Shown here: positions 12,292 to 25,114 of the stretch, one piece after another
Layout: the number at the start of each line of letters is the position of its first letter
Numbering within the stretch: the stretch's first letter is position 1
Assembly (NCBI GenBank): GCA_964016885.1
Contig: OZ024745.1
Location: 70,990,001-71,054,000 of the forward strand
Source: Eledone cirrhosa
Lineage: Eukaryota
DNA: 64,000 bases
Direction of reading: 5' to 3'
The notes under the pieces: generated by a model
Told to the model about the DNA's origin: nothing
Seen by the model: only the letters and a program-made list of their open reading frames with translations
The model's database searches: none
Made by a program: the position numbers and the translations under genes

Positions 12292-12295
<4 letters not shown>
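12087..12295 (+). mobile_element. Fold-back repeat family A copy
   Basis: Same inverted 5' arm plus body as 2365-2555, between two (TA)n tracts. Confidence 0.7.
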
Positions 12296-12324
<29 letters not shown>

Positions 12325-12336
12325 ATATATATTATG

Positions 12337-12422
<86 letters not shown>

Positions 12423-12479
12423 GTGTGCGTGCGTGTGTGCGTGCGTGTGTGTGTGCGAGAGAGAGAGAGAGAGAGAGAG

Positions 12480-12780
12480 GGGCGCAGGTATGGCTGTGTG
12501 GTTAAGGAGTTCGCTTCACAAACATGTAATTCTGTGTTCAGTCTTATTGTGCAAGTATCATCTGCTATACAAGCTTCGAGGGACCAATGCCTTGTCAGCG
12601 CAATTTGGTAGACAGAAGCTGTGGATGCCAATTGTGTATGTGCGTATGTGTGTTTCTTTGTCTAACTATATATCCTGTAACCTAGCAATTCGACAAAAGG
12701 GATCGATAAACTAAGTTCCAGACTTGAAACTTTTAAGCACTAGGTGCGATATGATCGACTAAATAAGGTGGTACCAGCAA
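12480..12780 (+). mobile_element. tRNA-derived SINE (diverged)
   Basis: Head ggcgcaggtatggctgtgtggttaag and body gaccaatgccttgt...atttggtagac. Diverged tRNA-SINEs also occur at about 15985-16183(-), 17612-17885(+) and 49485-49770(-). Confidence 0.7.
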
Positions 12781-13019
12781 AAGAATAAAAGAATATATAT
12801 ATATATATGTGTGTGTGTATACACTCATATATATATTGTGTGTGTATGCGGTTATTTTATATATATATGTCATTCGACTTTTAATTCAATGTTAATAAAT
12901 GCTCGGATTTATTACCTGGAATCTTTGAGCTTATTCCACAGGTGATATGGCTCATGTTTCTGACATTCTCAGACATGGCATCTTTAATCTAATGTTGGTA
13001 GTATATATTTATATATATA

Positions 13020-13061
<42 letters not shown>

Positions 13062-13063
<2 letters not shown>

Positions 13064-13278
13064 AAAAGGAACGATCGACTTTCGTCAAATCGGACCGAGC
13101 GAACAATGTTTCCGTTGGTCTTTCCAATTGCTAATACTATCTATCGGTCGCAACTCCAGGTAGAAGGAGCAACGTGAAATAAAGTGTCTTGCTCAAGGAC
13201 ATAACGCATCGCCTGGTCCAGGAATCGAACTCACAACCTTACGATTGCGAATCCAATTCTGTAACCACTCAGCCACAC
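13062..13278 (-). mobile_element. tRNA-derived CORE-type SINE, inverted close copy of 10191-10412
   Basis: Its reverse complement aligns over the full length with few mismatches. Confidence 0.85.
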
Positions 13279-13479
13279 ATATACATATATAGTACAATGG
13301 AAGAGAACTATAATTAAAGTACGCAACACATCAAGTAGAGATTTTATTTAATTTGTAATTGACTGTTACTAGATTAGAACTGTTTCATTCGCTGATGAAA
13401 GTATCAGAAGTCAACGGTACTAGTACTATAGAAGTAACGCTTAAATGTAATATGTGAGTGTGGATCTGCGTGCTTGTGT

Positions 13480-14720
13480 GTTTACTTAATTTTGAATTTA
13501 TTTTTGACCAGCCACTTACCGAGAGGTAAGATTATAAAAAATAAATTGTTACACATCATGCAATTGCCCATCTTTTGAATCTTAAGAACGCTTTTCAGAT
13601 TTTGAAGTCTCTAAATATCGAGGTCATTTTCACCTTATAAATTAAGGAGCTGCGTTCTTTCTCCAAGCATCCAAGTTTAGTCATAATTGGATAATAATGC
13701 ATATGATATTGAACGTATATTTTGGGTACTTAATCTACATTCTTCTATATCTTTATTATTGCATTAACACCGAGTAAGCAATTGAGTTCTACAATAGAGC
13801 ATTATTTTTAAATCTGTCGTCCCAAACAAAAATATCAGGTCGGTTGTGTTTAAATTTGAAGGCCAATATTCATTTAAGCTATCATTTTCAACATATGCAT
13901 CCTTATTTATTCTCATGCTGTGCATTAAAGATTTTTTCTGGCTGCCAATTCATGTCTCATGGGAAATTAGTAACGAGGTGAATTATTTTACAGTTAGCAA
14001 CAACATCGTTGGTCTTTATTTTGCACAACCTACATTTATTGTCAGCTGATAATTTTCTTCTCTTTATTTATGAGTCAATCATACCTGATATTCTCTTCCT
14101 TTCCAACATATCTGTATTTGTCACCTGAATGTAGAGGATGTGTCGACAAGCCGTTCATTTCTAGATTTTAGGAAGCGGGCACAACTTTTCCGTGTTTAAT
14201 CACCATATATGCACAATATAACTCACCACATTTCATTCCAATGTCTATAGCAAATTAGGTACTGGGGCTTAATTGCCTTTTGATATGGTTAATACAACTT
14301 TATGTTCTCTAGATTTATATTATAGTTTTTCAGCTGTGACTGTGAATTCTTATTTTAGCTGATGTAGGCTGGAGTTTAATCTTATATCACCAATTTACCT
14401 CTCTAGCGTTTCTCTTAGGTCTTCTGGCGTTGTATGAAATTGTTTTTCTGTGTTACATTTCATAATTACAAAAATCTCTGAGATATTTTGTCGCTGGAGT
14501 AAAATTGTATTTCAAGTTGAGTCCACGCTAATCAATCTTTTAGCTGGCATTCGCGACTATGTAGTTTTATGTCTATGCGATAAGCCAGTGATGTGACAGC
14601 CGACATGTATAGTAGGAGGATTAGTTTCAGATTGTATGTATCCTTCCTATGAATCTTTAAGGTGGTAGCTCCACAGTATACCAAGATTATAAACGAAGGA
14701 AACATGTGTTTAGCCATAAA
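13480..14720 (-). mobile_element. Older decayed copy of the RLE LINE family at 9377-9800
   Basis: Minus-strand relics NKCRLCK, FKHNRPDIFVWD, KERSSLI and AFLRFK. The 3' UTR gtggctggtcaaaaa...aaattaag matches gtggccggtcaaaaaaa...aaattaag at about 9760-9792. The 5' boundary is uncertain. Confidence 0.75.
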
Positions 14721-16291
14721 GATTTTGTCTCTTCACTAATACATATAGTAAATTTTAAAAATAGATCATATATTTCTGACTTTTTTTTTTTTTTTTTTAC
14801 AATTCAAAGCTTGGTTAATCTTTTAAATGAGCAATTATTTTTAAACATACATATTTAGCGTTATGTGGGGAAATGTTTTAAAGCGTTACTTGGCGTATCT
14901 TTCAAATGTGTAACGTTACAAGGCTGCGTTTGTTTATATACATATGCAATATTTGATTATAACACATTAAGTAGAAATAATTGTATGTAATTTACGGCAT
15001 TCTGTAGCTCATCTTTTCCTTAATGAATGCTACCTTCATATAAGCTGTAATTAGATAATTCCGATTATCGGACAGACCACAACGGTCATTATGTATGTAT
15101 GTATATATGTATATAGGCATTTATTTATGCGTGTATACTCGTATTCTAGTAGGAGTTCGCTGTAGTGATAAATTTCATCACGAGTAAATATATCACCTGA
15201 CATTTTCCTCACCTGGTAATTACATCGCGTGCCAATATATCCTTAGCAAACCTCCATGTCATGCCAAATACATGATCGATAATTTTATTGCCATGATTTT
15301 TATCCGCATAAATTAAGGTTTTTATTTGCATAGCATCATATCTGCGGTTATTTTTTCAGAATGTCTCATTCAGGCTCAAATCTGGTTTTATGGCAGCCGA
15401 CATATGGGCTGATTAACCGTGGGAGACAAACCACTATCTTTATTGACATACTTCAAAATGACACTGGTTTGAAGACTGTATAAGAAATACAGTGATGGTG
15501 GGGCGAGATGTTTGACGTGCGTATGTTTTCTTGGTTGAATCGGAAGATCGACTGAGATGAGATGAGATTTATCCGAATAAATTAAGATTTTTTATCCGTA
15601 GAGAAAATATGTCGACACGATTCATTAACAAAGGACAAGAATTTCAAAGACCAAAAAAACATCCATCCTTTCATCAAGAAATCTTAAGAAATCTTGAATA
15701 AAGGATCAATCACATGACGAAATTATAATGTTTTCTAATTTAAGTACAAGTCCAGTAATTTGGGGGATGATGGGGAATATAGTTAATTATATCCACCCCA
15801 GTACAGGACTAGAGCCGGGAAGGAAGGGTGAACAGTAAAGTTGACCTCGTTAAAAATACTTCTAAACTATATAGCGCTGATACTGAAAATTCCACATCGA
15901 AAAATGAAATAGATTGATAATTCTGGGAAAATTCAATGCAATCTCAGAAAATCTTATCCCGTTTTTTTTTTTTTTTTTGTTAAATGACTGTGAGTGCAAG
16001 ACTCCCACTTCGTCACAGGGGTAACCATCAGCTGGTACTCGTTTCTTTTCAGATGAGTAGAGTGCAGCAACGGGACATAAAGTTCTCTTGCTGAAGAACA
16101 CGACACACTGGTCAATCCAGGAATAGAACCCACGGCCAAATGATGATGACCCGAATACTCTAAACACAAGACCGCTCGTCTTCAGTATTTAAGAGGGATT
16201 AGTCATACTTAGTTTATTGTTTCTTCTAATTTAAGATACTGTTATCTTTATACTGCTTTATTTTGTAGATGTATTACATATATAGTAAAAA

Positions 16292-16510
16292 GGGTAGTGG
16301 ATTGGCAGAATCGATTGAGCTTTGGACAATATGCTGTGTGGCATATAGTTACGACCTTTTACGCACTGATTTCAAATCACACCGAGGTTAGCTTAACCTT
16401 TCATCCTTACGGGGGTCGATAAAATAAAGCACCAGTAATACACTAGAGTCAATTTCATAGATTTTTCCCTCTCCGCAAAATTGTTGGCCCTGTGCCTAAA
16501 TTAGAAACTA
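16292..16510 (+). mobile_element. SINE, same family as 60594
   Basis: gtggattggcagaatcg...cctttcatccttacgggggtcgataaaataaag...gtgcctaaattagaaac. Confidence 0.8.
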
Positions 16511-16564
16511 TTATATATATAAATATATATTGGATAATGCGTGAGATCCTTGGTACAGTTAGGT

Positions 16565-16728
16565 ATATTTGAAAAAAAGGAAAAGAATGACTTCGCTTGT
16601 AGTTCTAAATAATTTGATTTAATTTTATAATATTATGAGTTGGTAGATCTAGTCTCATAATATTATAATATCATAAAATTAAATCAAATTATTTAGAACT
16701 ACAAGCGAAGTCATTCTTTTCCTTTTTT

Positions 16729-16737
<9 letters not shown>
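16565..16737. repeat. Hairpin inverted repeat next to (TA)n
   Basis: gaaaaaaaggaaaagaatgacttcgcttgtagttc... versus ...gaactacaagcgaagtcattcttttcctttttttt. Confidence 0.88.
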
Positions 16738-16759
<22 letters not shown>

Positions 16760-16789
16760 AGCAAAGGGATATTTAATTTGTTGGTAATT

Positions 16790-16831
<42 letters not shown>

Positions 16832-16988
16832 CTGATTCGAAGCACTCGACAAGTTTTCTGGAGTATAATATCAATGATATTAATAAATGAAAACTATATT
16901 TATAAATATGGTTTTATAAATATAGTTTCCATTTATTAATAACATTTATCTATCTATCTATCTATCTATATATATCTAGCTCTCTCTC

Positions 16989-17043
<55 letters not shown>

Positions 17044-17075
17044 ATATACACGGGTGTGTATGATTGTGTATAGAT

Positions 17076-17466
17076 TATATTAATAAGAGGAATTCCAACT
17101 TTGTCTGATTTACTCGTTTTATTTACAATCCTTTAAAATTTATAATGGTATTATAATGAAATAGTATGATAGAATATTAAATTCTAAGTGTTAATTGAAC
17201 AAGTACTTTCATGCTTTCGCAATCTTCAGGTTCATAATATGTGGTGACAATCAAGTTTGCAATTTTCAACTGTTGAAAATTGCAAACTTGATTGTCACCA
17301 CATATTATGAACCTGAAGATTGCGAAAGCATGAAAGTACTTGTTCAATTAACACTTAGAATTTAATATTCTATCATACTATTTCATTATAATACCATTAT
17401 AAATTTTAAAGGATTGTAAATAAAACGAGTAAATCAGACAAAGTTGGAATTCCTCTTATTAATATA
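17076..17466. repeat. Apparently perfect palindrome, 195-bp arms, 1-nt spacer (17271)
   Basis: The arms read as exact reverse complements by eye. Confidence 0.92.
17308..17346 (+). ncRNA. Minimal type-I hammerhead ribozyme motif (mirrored at 17196-17234 on -)
   Basis: tgaac-CTGAAGA-ttgc-gaaa-gcat-GAAA-gtac-TT^gttca. Stem II has a GNRA loop. Stem III is the palindrome aagtactt. Confidence 0.7.
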
Positions 17467-17975
17467 TATATATATATATATATATATGTAAATGAAAAAT
17501 GGCGAGCTGTGTTGTTGTAAATAGGATATATATATATAGCGTAAATTTTATATTAATAATGTTTTGTTTTCGAATCTCTTTTCCATTGTTAATGAAATGG
17601 AAAGTATTTACTGTGTGGCCTAATGGTTAAGGCGTTTACTGTATAATCATAATCATAAAGATCCGGATTCGATCCCACAGCGTGGCGTCATTGGCAAGTG
17701 TTATTTACCCTAACCTCGGGTGGACTCATGCTTTGTGAGGGAAATTGGGGGGGGGGGTGGTAGACGGAACCTGATTAAAAGTTCATCGGGTGGACTGTAC
17801 GTCTACTTCAAAGGGCCAGCTTTGTTACACTCAGTAACACTCTAAAAATTATGTTAAAGGTGCAAATGTCTGTGAAATACCCAGCCCCATATATTATAAC
17901 TGAAAATGGACTGTACTTGTAATCGAAAGGAAATCAAATTCACAACTTTATGATCGTGAGCCGAACACCCTAGCC

Positions 17976-18126
17976 CAGGCATGGACAAACGTTTTCGACC
18001 AGTGGGCAGCATAGGATGTGGCTCATCATAAGGCCGGTCGCATTACTAAAAATTCAAGGCAATTTTGAAATTAGGCGTGCCAAACAGGTCACATGCGGCC
18101 CGCGAGCCGATATTTGTCCATGACTG
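17976..18126. mobile_element. hAT (Charlie-like) MITE nested in a tRNA-SINE
   Basis: TIRs caggcatggacaaa...tttgtccatgactg. Exact 8-bp TSD ccctagcc at 17968-17975 and 18127-18134. Internal gcggcccgcgagccg motif. Confidence 0.9.
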
Positions 18127-18356
18127 CCCTAGCCCCTAAGGCAGGCACATTATGAAAGTACCATAAAAGGCAAGATTTCCCATACTAAATACTGAGCCTT
18201 CATGCCTAATTACAAAGTCACTGATCTGGAACAAAAGAATATTTGGTGTATTCTATGTGTTTATGTATATTTTAATTAAATCCTACTCATTGTTACAAAA
18301 ATTACATATCAGTGTAAATATATTGATTGTCGGATTAGTTGTGTTGGACGTTGAAA

Positions 18357-18401
<45 letters not shown>

Positions 18402-18431
18402 AAATAAATATATTTTTTAAACATTACACAC

Positions 18432-18508
<77 letters not shown>

Positions 18509-19399
18509 TACATACATAATATAAATACTTCAGAATTTTTTGATATTAAACTTAAAAATAACAGAAATGCCAACTAGAATCGAACCACGTGTATGTGTGT
18601 ATGCGTTTGTATGTGTATGTGTGTGTGTGGGGGGGGGGTTATGAGAGTATGTCAGTGTGTGTGTGTCTGTTTGTGCGTATGTCTGTATGTGTGTGTGCGT
18701 GTGCGTAAGTGTGTGTGTTGTGTATGTGTGTGTGTGTGTGTAAACGGGAAATTTTATGAAGGGTTATTTCAGAATGCCAAAAATTAATAAGACATCTGGA
18801 TTTATGCAGTGAAGGATAAGAGAAGGAAATAATGTGACGCTAAGTTGTATATAAGCTGAATCTCTATGTAGGTCTAATTAAAAGACTAGTTGAAAGTACA
18901 CTTTACTAATCTTTAACAATTTCACTAATAGTGATTGGCTATCTGATTCAGTCAAGCAGCTTATGCCCTCGAAAAACTGGCGTCATTTTCGTACATGAAT
19001 CCTCTGACGTATACAGTGAGCTCACTACTGCTAAACTTTCGTGTTATTTTCTTAAACGTAAAAATTGTTTACATATACATTTGATTTAAATACCAGAAAA
19101 ATAAACGGAAGGAAAATAACAAAATTAAATGTTACAAAGAGAAGCTGGAAATTCTATTACTAGAGGGATGAATGAATAAACAGAGCTTTCGGAGTGCCTT
19201 TGAATTTTCGGAATACTATCAATGTAGATACAGTAGATCTATTGTGAATGATTAATGCATTAGAGATGTCACTGTAAAATGCTAATTGTCCACTGAGAAA
19301 TACTGACATTCTGACATTATTTGATGCAATAGATCGTTATTTCGAAGGAAGATCTTTTCTCAAACCCTTACTTCTGGGGTGTAGTTATGGAAAGGCCGA

Positions 19400-19536
19400 A
19401 TGAATTCTTTGATACCAAACGGGCGACAATGTGGTCCAAACAAAAGAACACAATGGCCAAATTTGTCGGCACTGAAGTCATTAAAAGAGCTTAACCTAAA
19501 ATTACCCTCACCAGAAGGGGATTCTGCTAAAAATGG
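19400..19536 (+). CDS. Candidate alternative first coding exon of the innexin
   Basis: ATG at 19400 opens MNSLIPNGRQCGPNKRTQWPNLSALKSLKELNLKLPSPEGDSAKN and ends GG|GTAGGT. The 137 nt give phase 2, matching the acceptor at 34990. The segment lies in a non-repetitive island. No transcript support is available. Confidence 0.3.
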
Positions 19537-19944
19537 GTAGGTATTTCGGCATCCTTTATTGCAACACAATTATGTCACGCATTTATAGTTCGGTCTGTTG
19601 GGCCCCTAAGGCAATACCTATCTTATATTTTGTAAAGGACATGAGTTATCGTTGTTATCAATGTTTTTTGTTTTTTTCATAGTTTGATTTAGGATGTAGT
19701 CATAAACGAATCTTTGGAATGTTATTTTCATTATTCCATCACTTCTATTTCGTGCTGTTTCAAACTTGACAAGAAAGATTAGGTTGTGTTTATAAGTTTT
19801 CTTTATCTTCTGTCGACTTGCATCAGGCATGAAGATAGACAAGCCAGATATACAGTTAATTGTAGAATTGGCGTAGCACTGTTCCATTCTTATGTTTATC
19901 AAAGCTAATAATTCTTGGAATCGCGAATTCTATCGACATTTAGC

Positions 19945-19958
19945 GTTGCCATAGTAAC
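19945..19958. promoter_or_regulatory. RFX X-box-like motif
   Basis: GTTGCCATAGTAAC fits the RFX consensus GTNRCC(N0-3)RGYAAC and lies in unique sequence. Confidence 0.4.
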
Positions 19959-20285
19959 ATATTTCCAATCATGAAATAATAAACACTTTACTATAGCTAA
20001 TAAATTCTCTGGTCCCTGAGACGACAGCGAATTAGACATTCCTATAGAAATATATTTTCAATTTTAATATTAGAAACACTTACAATCTTATCAAAAGATA
20101 TAAGGTACAAAATGTTTATCAGAAAGTGTTATCAGTGCTGTTTATATGAGGTACCTAATATTATTCACCTGAATACATCAAAATATTCTTTGAATGAAAA
20201 TTTTTGTTTTTAATAAATTACAGAACATTTCAATGACAGTACAAAAATACAGGCACGCATATATGATATATATATCATATATGCG

Positions 20286-20376
<91 letters not shown>

Positions 20377-20510
20377 AATGGCTTCTACAGGACTAGAACT
20401 GAGTCAGGATCGAACATTAATCGATCGCTCCTCGAGCTGATCGGCTGTGAAACATATGTAATATGTAATGATGTAATATGTATATGATGCAATACTGATT
20501 CTTTGTTCCC

Positions 20511-20512
<2 letters not shown>

Positions 20513-20562
<50 letters not shown>

Positions 20563-21190
20563 GTATTTATCTTACTTTACGTTCATACGAGTTATCACCA
20601 ACTCACAACCAGTGGCCTCAAGAGACAACAAGGTCCGCCATGTTCAAGAAAGAACATACATACACACATACATGCATCTTTAGGTATTTAGACTTGTGAT
20701 GTACTTATATTGACAGAATCTTCTTTAGTATATGGGCAGTTCCCATTAGTACTGTCTTTTGAATTTCTTCCATACGCAGGTTTCCTGGGATTTTGGATAA
20801 GTAATCATTAGACCCCTTAGGTATCATTCCTAGAGCGCCTACAACCACTGGTATTGTTTTAGTTCTCAACTTCCACATTTTTCAAATTTCTATCTCCAGG
20901 TCTTTATACTTGCTCAATTTTTCAAATGTTTTTATAGATACATTCTTGTCTATTGGAACGGACATATCAATTAGCAGGCATACCCTCTTTTTAAAGTCCT
21001 TCAATATTATATCAGGTCTATTTGCATCTATTTTTCGGTCTGTTTGGATGCTAAAGTTCCACAAGATTGAGATGTGATCTTTTTCAAGTACTGGGGGTGG
21101 TTGATGCTCCCACCAATTCTTTTGATGGGGCAGGTCAAAATGTTTACACATTACCCAATGTATGTATTGTGCAGCTCTGTCGTGCCTGCT
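20513..21190 (-). mobile_element. R4/Dong-like RLE non-LTR retrotransposon 3' fragment with (TAA)n tail
   Basis: RHDRAAQYIHW...NRPDIILKD...LIDMSVP...KLSKYKDL...IPVVVGALG, a restriction-like endonuclease domain. Stop at 20705-20707, one internal stop, then 3' UTR and (TAA)n at 20513-20562. Confidence 0.88.
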
Positions 21191-21806
21191 CCCAGCAAGC
21201 ATGCCTTTTGAAGTGTTCCAAAAAGCGGGGCGGGGCCAATTTTCTTTAACCATCCCTGGAAACTTTTTGAGATAGTACCTAGTGCGCTTATGAACTTCAT
21301 GGTAGTTCCAAATCCTTTTTACCTCCCACTTTAAGTCCTGGCATCGGTTAATTTTCTCCCTCTCCTTCTCTTACACTCTCGTGTCGAATGGGCAGGCCAC
21401 ATTCACAATCAGGCACGATCTTTTTTCCTTGTCCAAACCACCAGGTCAGGTCTATTGTGTTCCAGTTTCTTGTCTGTCTGTATCCTAAAATCCCACACCA
21501 CCTTCACCTGATCGTTTTCTATCACCGACTCTGGCTTATGCTCATACCACTTCTCATAATGTGGTAAATTGTTTACTTTGCATAGGTGCCAGTGGATCAC
21601 CCTGATCATCACATCATGTCTCCAGCCCTTATAGTGAGTCTGGGCTAGGTGTTTACACTCGGATACAATGTGAGCCACAGTCTCCTCTCTCTCTCCACAG
21701 ATCCTGCACAGTGGGCTAGCCTCCTCCTTGTAAATATGGTGTTTCAGCCACTTCGTTTTGAGGGCCTGCTCTTGCGGAGCCATTAGCATTCCTTCTGTAG
21801 CCTTTT
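21190..21806 (-). mobile_element. Second R4/Dong-like RLE fragment (different subfamily)
   Basis: QEQALKT, CCHC knuckle CRICGEREETVAHIVSEC, RHD and HNRPDLVV. Frameshifted downstream. Flanked 5' by (TAA)n at about 21815-21865. Confidence 0.85.
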
Positions 21807-21813
21807 TAAGGTC

Positions 21814-21865
<52 letters not shown>

Positions 21866-22035
21866 TCCTTTCATTATTGTTTCTGAGATATATGCCGAGT
21901 GTCTTGTCTTCCTGACACCTAGGGCAAATAAATTCACAGTGTGCATTGGTAAGCCAGTTAATACAGCACATAGATTATAATTTAAAAAAAACAGTATACA
22001 TATATACACATGTGTATATGCATATGTAAATACAA

Positions 22036-23870
22036 GATATCTGGCGGCAGTTCTGAGAGCAGCTCGCTTTGGGCCCGTCTTCAGAAGCTGGATCGCTGCC
22101 ATGCACAGCGACATCTGGTCTGTGGTGAGAGTGAACGGTCACGTTTCGGAACCGTTCAACATCATGCGCTCGGTCCGCTAAGGATGTCCCCTCTCGTCCC
22201 TCTTGTACGTATTGACTCTCGAGCCATAACTGCACAAACTGGAGACGTTGAGGGGGGGTCCCGCGCGAACTAGGATGCGGAAGATCCGTGTCAGCATATG
22301 CGGACGATGTCACCATAGTGGTGTCGAACGCCAAACACATCTAGGTGATCGGCACTACACTAAGAGAATACGAAGCGGTGACAGGAGCAATGATCAACCA
22401 GGAAAAGTCAGTGGGCCTGCAGCTCGGCACCTGGAGAGGCAGGTCCATGCCGTCCAACAGCGTCTTCGGGCGCTGGACGGACGGACCAGTTAAATTGCTC
22501 GGGGTCTGGTTCGGTCCGGATCTCCAGACGGACAAAAACTGGGACGAGGTGACGAGCAGGATGGCATCTCTCACCCAGAAATGGGCCGAGAGGAAGCTAT
22601 CCCTGAAAGGTCGAACGGAGGTGGTTAACGCGTATATCGCGTCCGTCATCTACTACCGCCTGACCGTCGTACCTTGTCCTAAGCCCCGCCTGACTGCGCT
22701 GGAGCGTTTGCTCTTTCGCTTTTTGTGGAAGGGACGCGCTCCGATGGTCAGGCGGTCCATCTGCTGTCAACACCCGCTACGTGGAGGGCTGGGAATGCCG
22801 TGGCTGATGATGCGCAGACATCTCCACCTCTTCCTTGACGGTGATCAGGTGTGGTCTCCGTTTGCTAGACGCGTCTTTCCCCAGCTCGTCTCCTTGACGG
22901 AGCTGCAGTCCTGGGTCAAGCGAAGACCGAGAGGGAGCGCTTGGAAACTGGAATGTCTTCAGGCGCTCACAGCCCTCGACCAATCGGGCAATGTGATCGG
23001 TGGAAACTCGACCTTGGCGTTCTATAGAGGATTAGTGGAGGGGAAGAGCGACGACGTGCTTGGGGAAACTCTAGGCGTCGACGAAAATCAACTAGCCAAT
23101 CTCTTCGGAAGAACTTTCGGGCCGGGGCCTATGGACAACTTCCAGAAATCCCTGGCCTGGCAGTGCTACCGAGGAGCTTTGCCAGTTAGGGATAAACTCT
23201 ACAGGCATGGAGGTGCTGTCAGCCGGGCATGTCCGAGATGCGCGCAGGGCGACGAAACCGTCCTGCACGCACTCGTCCAGTGTCCGAGTTTATGTCGAAC
23301 ACCTGCTGTCACGTGTAGGACGGATCCAGCTATCAGCTGAGTCCATCGTGAGGATTGCCCCACCCTCTTCCTTTAGCCGGGAAGGGCAGGCAGTTTTTAT
23401 CTGCCATGGCAAAAGAGATAATATGGTGGACACGTTTGAAAGGGCTGAAGACGAGCACTTACCTCTTCGGTGATGCCTTGATTAACTTTTTCAAATTTCA
23501 TTTGAAAAGGAAAATCAGGGTAGAGAGGGAAGTGCTCTCTTCCCAGCATTTTGTTGAAAGATGGGTGAGAGAGGCAAGAATGGCTCGAGTGAATGGGCCT
23601 ACTTTGAGTATGTGTCTGTAAATCAAAGGTGGAAAACTGGGAGAGGGCACTTACCCTGGTGGTTAGGGTCACTGTGGCTTTTAATGGGCTTTCTCCACAA
23701 ATGTCCCTCGGAAGTCTCCCTTCTATTGGGGAATTTTTCATTGTTATTTTTATTACATCCTCTGTTGTTTTACACGCAGAAATGCCCATTTGTACCGTCC
23801 TGTATTGTCCTGTACTGTCCTTAATGTCTACTTTATGTAGACCCTTGTGGTTAATAAAGAAAGCATTCTT
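22036..23870 (+). mobile_element. 5'-truncated, decayed Tx1-like LINE (RT and C-terminal zinc finger)
   Basis: RT motifs SVR*GCPLSPLLYVLTLEP, SAYADD, INQEKS and LLGVWFG, plus CPRCAQGDETVLHALVQC. Several stops and frameshifts. AATAAA at 23853-23858. Confidence 0.92.
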
Positions 23871-23887
23871 ATTATAATTATTATTAT

Positions 23888-24007
<120 letters not shown>

Positions 24008-24021
24008 TGTGCCTGTGTGCT

Positions 24022-24062
<41 letters not shown>

Positions 24063-24106
24063 GTAAATATATACATATTTGTCTGTGTCTGTGTATATTT
24101 ATGTAC

Positions 24107-24178
<72 letters not shown>

Positions 24179-24429
24179 AGAAGTTCTATTTAAATTGTTG
24201 GGATACAACAAGCAAATATTTTTATAACTGATATAAAGCACTCAACAAATTATTGGAGTAAAACGAAATGGTCGCATTCTTTAAGGGTATGTCAATATTT
24301 ATTTATAAAACTGATCTATATTATATTTTATCTGATGAAAGCACACCATAATTTAATTTGGTGTCCTTGAAATATGTATAATGAAATAAATATGGTTTTA
24401 TAAATATAGTTTCCATTTGTTAATATATC

Positions 24430-24494
<65 letters not shown>

Positions 24495-24776
24495 TAAATA
24501 TATATATATATTTATATATATATATATATATATATAGGCTATTACACTGCACATTTCTGTGGCGAAACGAACAAAATTCGTATCAGCAAGCTTATAGTTA
24601 TAAGGTTAGTAATTTAAAACTCTACTTCAGAGATTTGATTCTGACTTAGTTTTTTTTTCTATTTAATTGCTAACCTGTAGGTATTGTTCTCCATACAGTA
24701 ACGGTTAAAGTCACATGTAATAATTCTTTACACACATCTCACTGTGTAACACACTTCTCTCTGTGTAATATATTTG

Positions 24777-24849
<73 letters not shown>

Positions 24850-24851
<2 letters not shown>

Positions 24852-25049
24852 GTTATTCCGGGTTGAATCGGAGGTAACCACAGTAAGTAAGGTACTCAAT
24901 ACATTGCAGAGTATAAAAGTTTTAATATAGATGAGATTCTACAGGACTAGAACTGTTTCATTCTTTAGAAATCATCAGGAATCCCAGATTTCTTAGAGAT
25001 TCCTGATGATTTCTAAAGAATGAAACAGTTCTAGTCCTTTAGAATCTCA

Positions 25050-25058
<9 letters not shown>
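24850..25058 (-). mobile_element. Fold-back repeat family C (hammerhead-bearing, Penelope-like)
   Basis: Terminus gttgaatcggaggtaaccacagtaagtaaggtactcaatac. Relatives at about 1955-2065, 2150-2280, 20368-20400 and 63911-64000, each next to a dinucleotide or tetranucleotide tract. Confidence 0.7.
24933..24985 (-). ncRNA. Type-I hammerhead ribozyme motif
   Basis: Minus strand reads gggattc-CTGATGA-tttctaaagaat-GAAA-cag-ttctagtc-ctg-TA^gaatctc. Stems I, II and III and a GUA cleavage triplet are present. An inverted copy at 24996-25048(+) carries one stem III substitution. Confidence 0.75.

Positions 25059-25114
<56 letters not shown>

Noticed and set aside
19360-19902. Minus-strand ORFs 19360-19569 and 19618-19902 as a separate gene
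   Set aside because: Splice-like sites exist (ttttag| and |gtaagg), but there is no recognisable protein or partner exon.
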